Assembly: GCA_951406725.2 (NCBI GenBank)
Contig: OX597821.1
Span: 118,841,487 to 118,905,486 of the forward strand
Direction of reading: 5' to 3'
Source of the DNA: Octopus vulgaris
Lineage: Eukaryota
DNA: 64,000 nucleotides
Positions 62,780-64,000 of this stretch are shown piece by piece (the stretch's first letter is position 1; each line of letters begins with the position of its first letter). The notes below the pieces were generated by a model. The model was not told the DNA's origin. It saw nothing but the letters and a program-made list of their open reading frames with translations, and ran no database searches. Position numbers and translations under genes: made by a program.

Positions 62780-64000
62780 AACTTAGATAAACTTAGATAT
62801 GTTTCGACCAAAGATTGGCCCAGGCCATGTCTAACTTAATAGCACCATCTGATAGGATTATTCGAATCCTGTTTTTAAGTCAAGTTTTGTTTGAGTCAAG
62901 TTTTGTTCAAGTAGTGAGTTCTTGTTGGGTGAGTTGTATCCAATTATGGGTGGCTTATCTGGTATTCTTTGAAGGAATCTATCCAGACTCTGTTTAAAGT
63001 TGATGGGATCATTTTCCTCTTTGATCTCCCTCGGGACAATGTTAAATAGGGCAGGGCCTGTTGAGGAAAAGAAATTACGTTGCAGTGTACATGTATGTTG
63101 TGATCTTGAATTGGGCAGGGGACGTATGGCCCGTGGTCCAAGTCTTGGATGAATCTTGAAGCTAATGTTTAGGTCGCTTGGGCAAAGTTGGCGGTATATT
63201 CTCCACGTCGTACAAATGATGTACCGCTCACGGCGACGCTGGAGGGAGTAAAGTTTCAAGGCTTTAAGGCGATCCCAATAATCGAGAGCAGCCATGCCTT
63301 CAATTTGTTTAGTGAGACCCCTCTGGGGTGACTCAATTCTGGAGATGTTTTGTCTTGTTGAGGAGACCACAGTGGGCAGCAGTATTCAAGGTGTGGCCGT
63401 AAAAGGAGGAAAAAGTGGTATGATGACACCTTGTTCTCTGGACCGGAAAGTTCTTAAGATCCAGGAACTCATCCTACGAGCTATATTGACCTTCTTGTTG
63501 ATGTGTGCACTCCAACTGAGATCGTCATCAACAATTACACCCAGGTCTCTGATATTGTTAGAGGCTGTGAGCGGTTCCCCTGAAGGAAGAGAGTATGGTT
63601 GTTTTAGTGAGGAATTTCTTCCAAAATGCATCTGCTCAAATTTTCCGTCATTCAGTTGCATTTTGTTTCTGTCTGCCCATTGATTCACAGTGGAGTTGAG
63701 TTCGGTCCGCTTCTTCATTGACGATTTGCTGGAGCTTAGTGTCATCAGCAAATATTTTCACTTTGCAGTAATGTACGACACTAGAAAGGTCGTTTACGTA
63801 AATTATGAAGAGTAGCGGACACAAAACAGTTCCCTGGGGAAACCGCTGGTGACTTTTGCTGGGTTTGAGTGGACTCCATCAACTACAACATGTTGTGTTC
63901 TATTCGCCAGGAAATACTTAATCCAGTGTAGAACTTTTCCACGGATTCCAACATTTGCCAATTTTGAGAGTAGGATGTTATGGTCTACCCTGTCGAACGC
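62780..64000 (-). mobile_element. Degenerate CR1/L2-group LINE RT 3' portion (continues beyond the window)
   Basis: AFDRVDH, PQGTVL.PLLFIIYVNDL, FADDTK, RDLGVIVD, LYSLQRRRER; frameshifted. Confidence 0.9.

Overview
Eukaryotic, AT-rich, microsatellite-laden DNA. The SINE and repeat families strongly suggest an octopus or other cephalopod genome (inference from recalled repeat motifs). Most ORFs in the track are artefacts of (TA)n, (CA)n and (TAA)n tracts. The only host gene I can support is two minus-strand exons (36378-36452, 33432-33931) of a short-chain collagen C4-like protein, with a 1-nt splice-acceptor anomaly. It lies in the main single-copy island (~31.0-37.9 kb). The rest is nested segmental duplication: a ~21 kb direct copy, 4 kb inverted arms and a multi-kb palindrome. 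These are filled with decayed Penelope-like (GIY-YIG), CR1/RTE LINE, Tc1/mariner, Gypsy, Helitron, SINE and MITE sequences. The main hidden signal is RNA-level. By eye I find seven type I hammerhead ribozymes with an intact core (six unrelated sequence families) plus several core variants. They sit in small non-coding Penelope/retrozyme-like elements inserted in (TA)n tracts. One element has a 491-nt monomer architecture, and two have an empty-site paralogue in the same window. All folds and alignments were done by hand and need computational confirmation.
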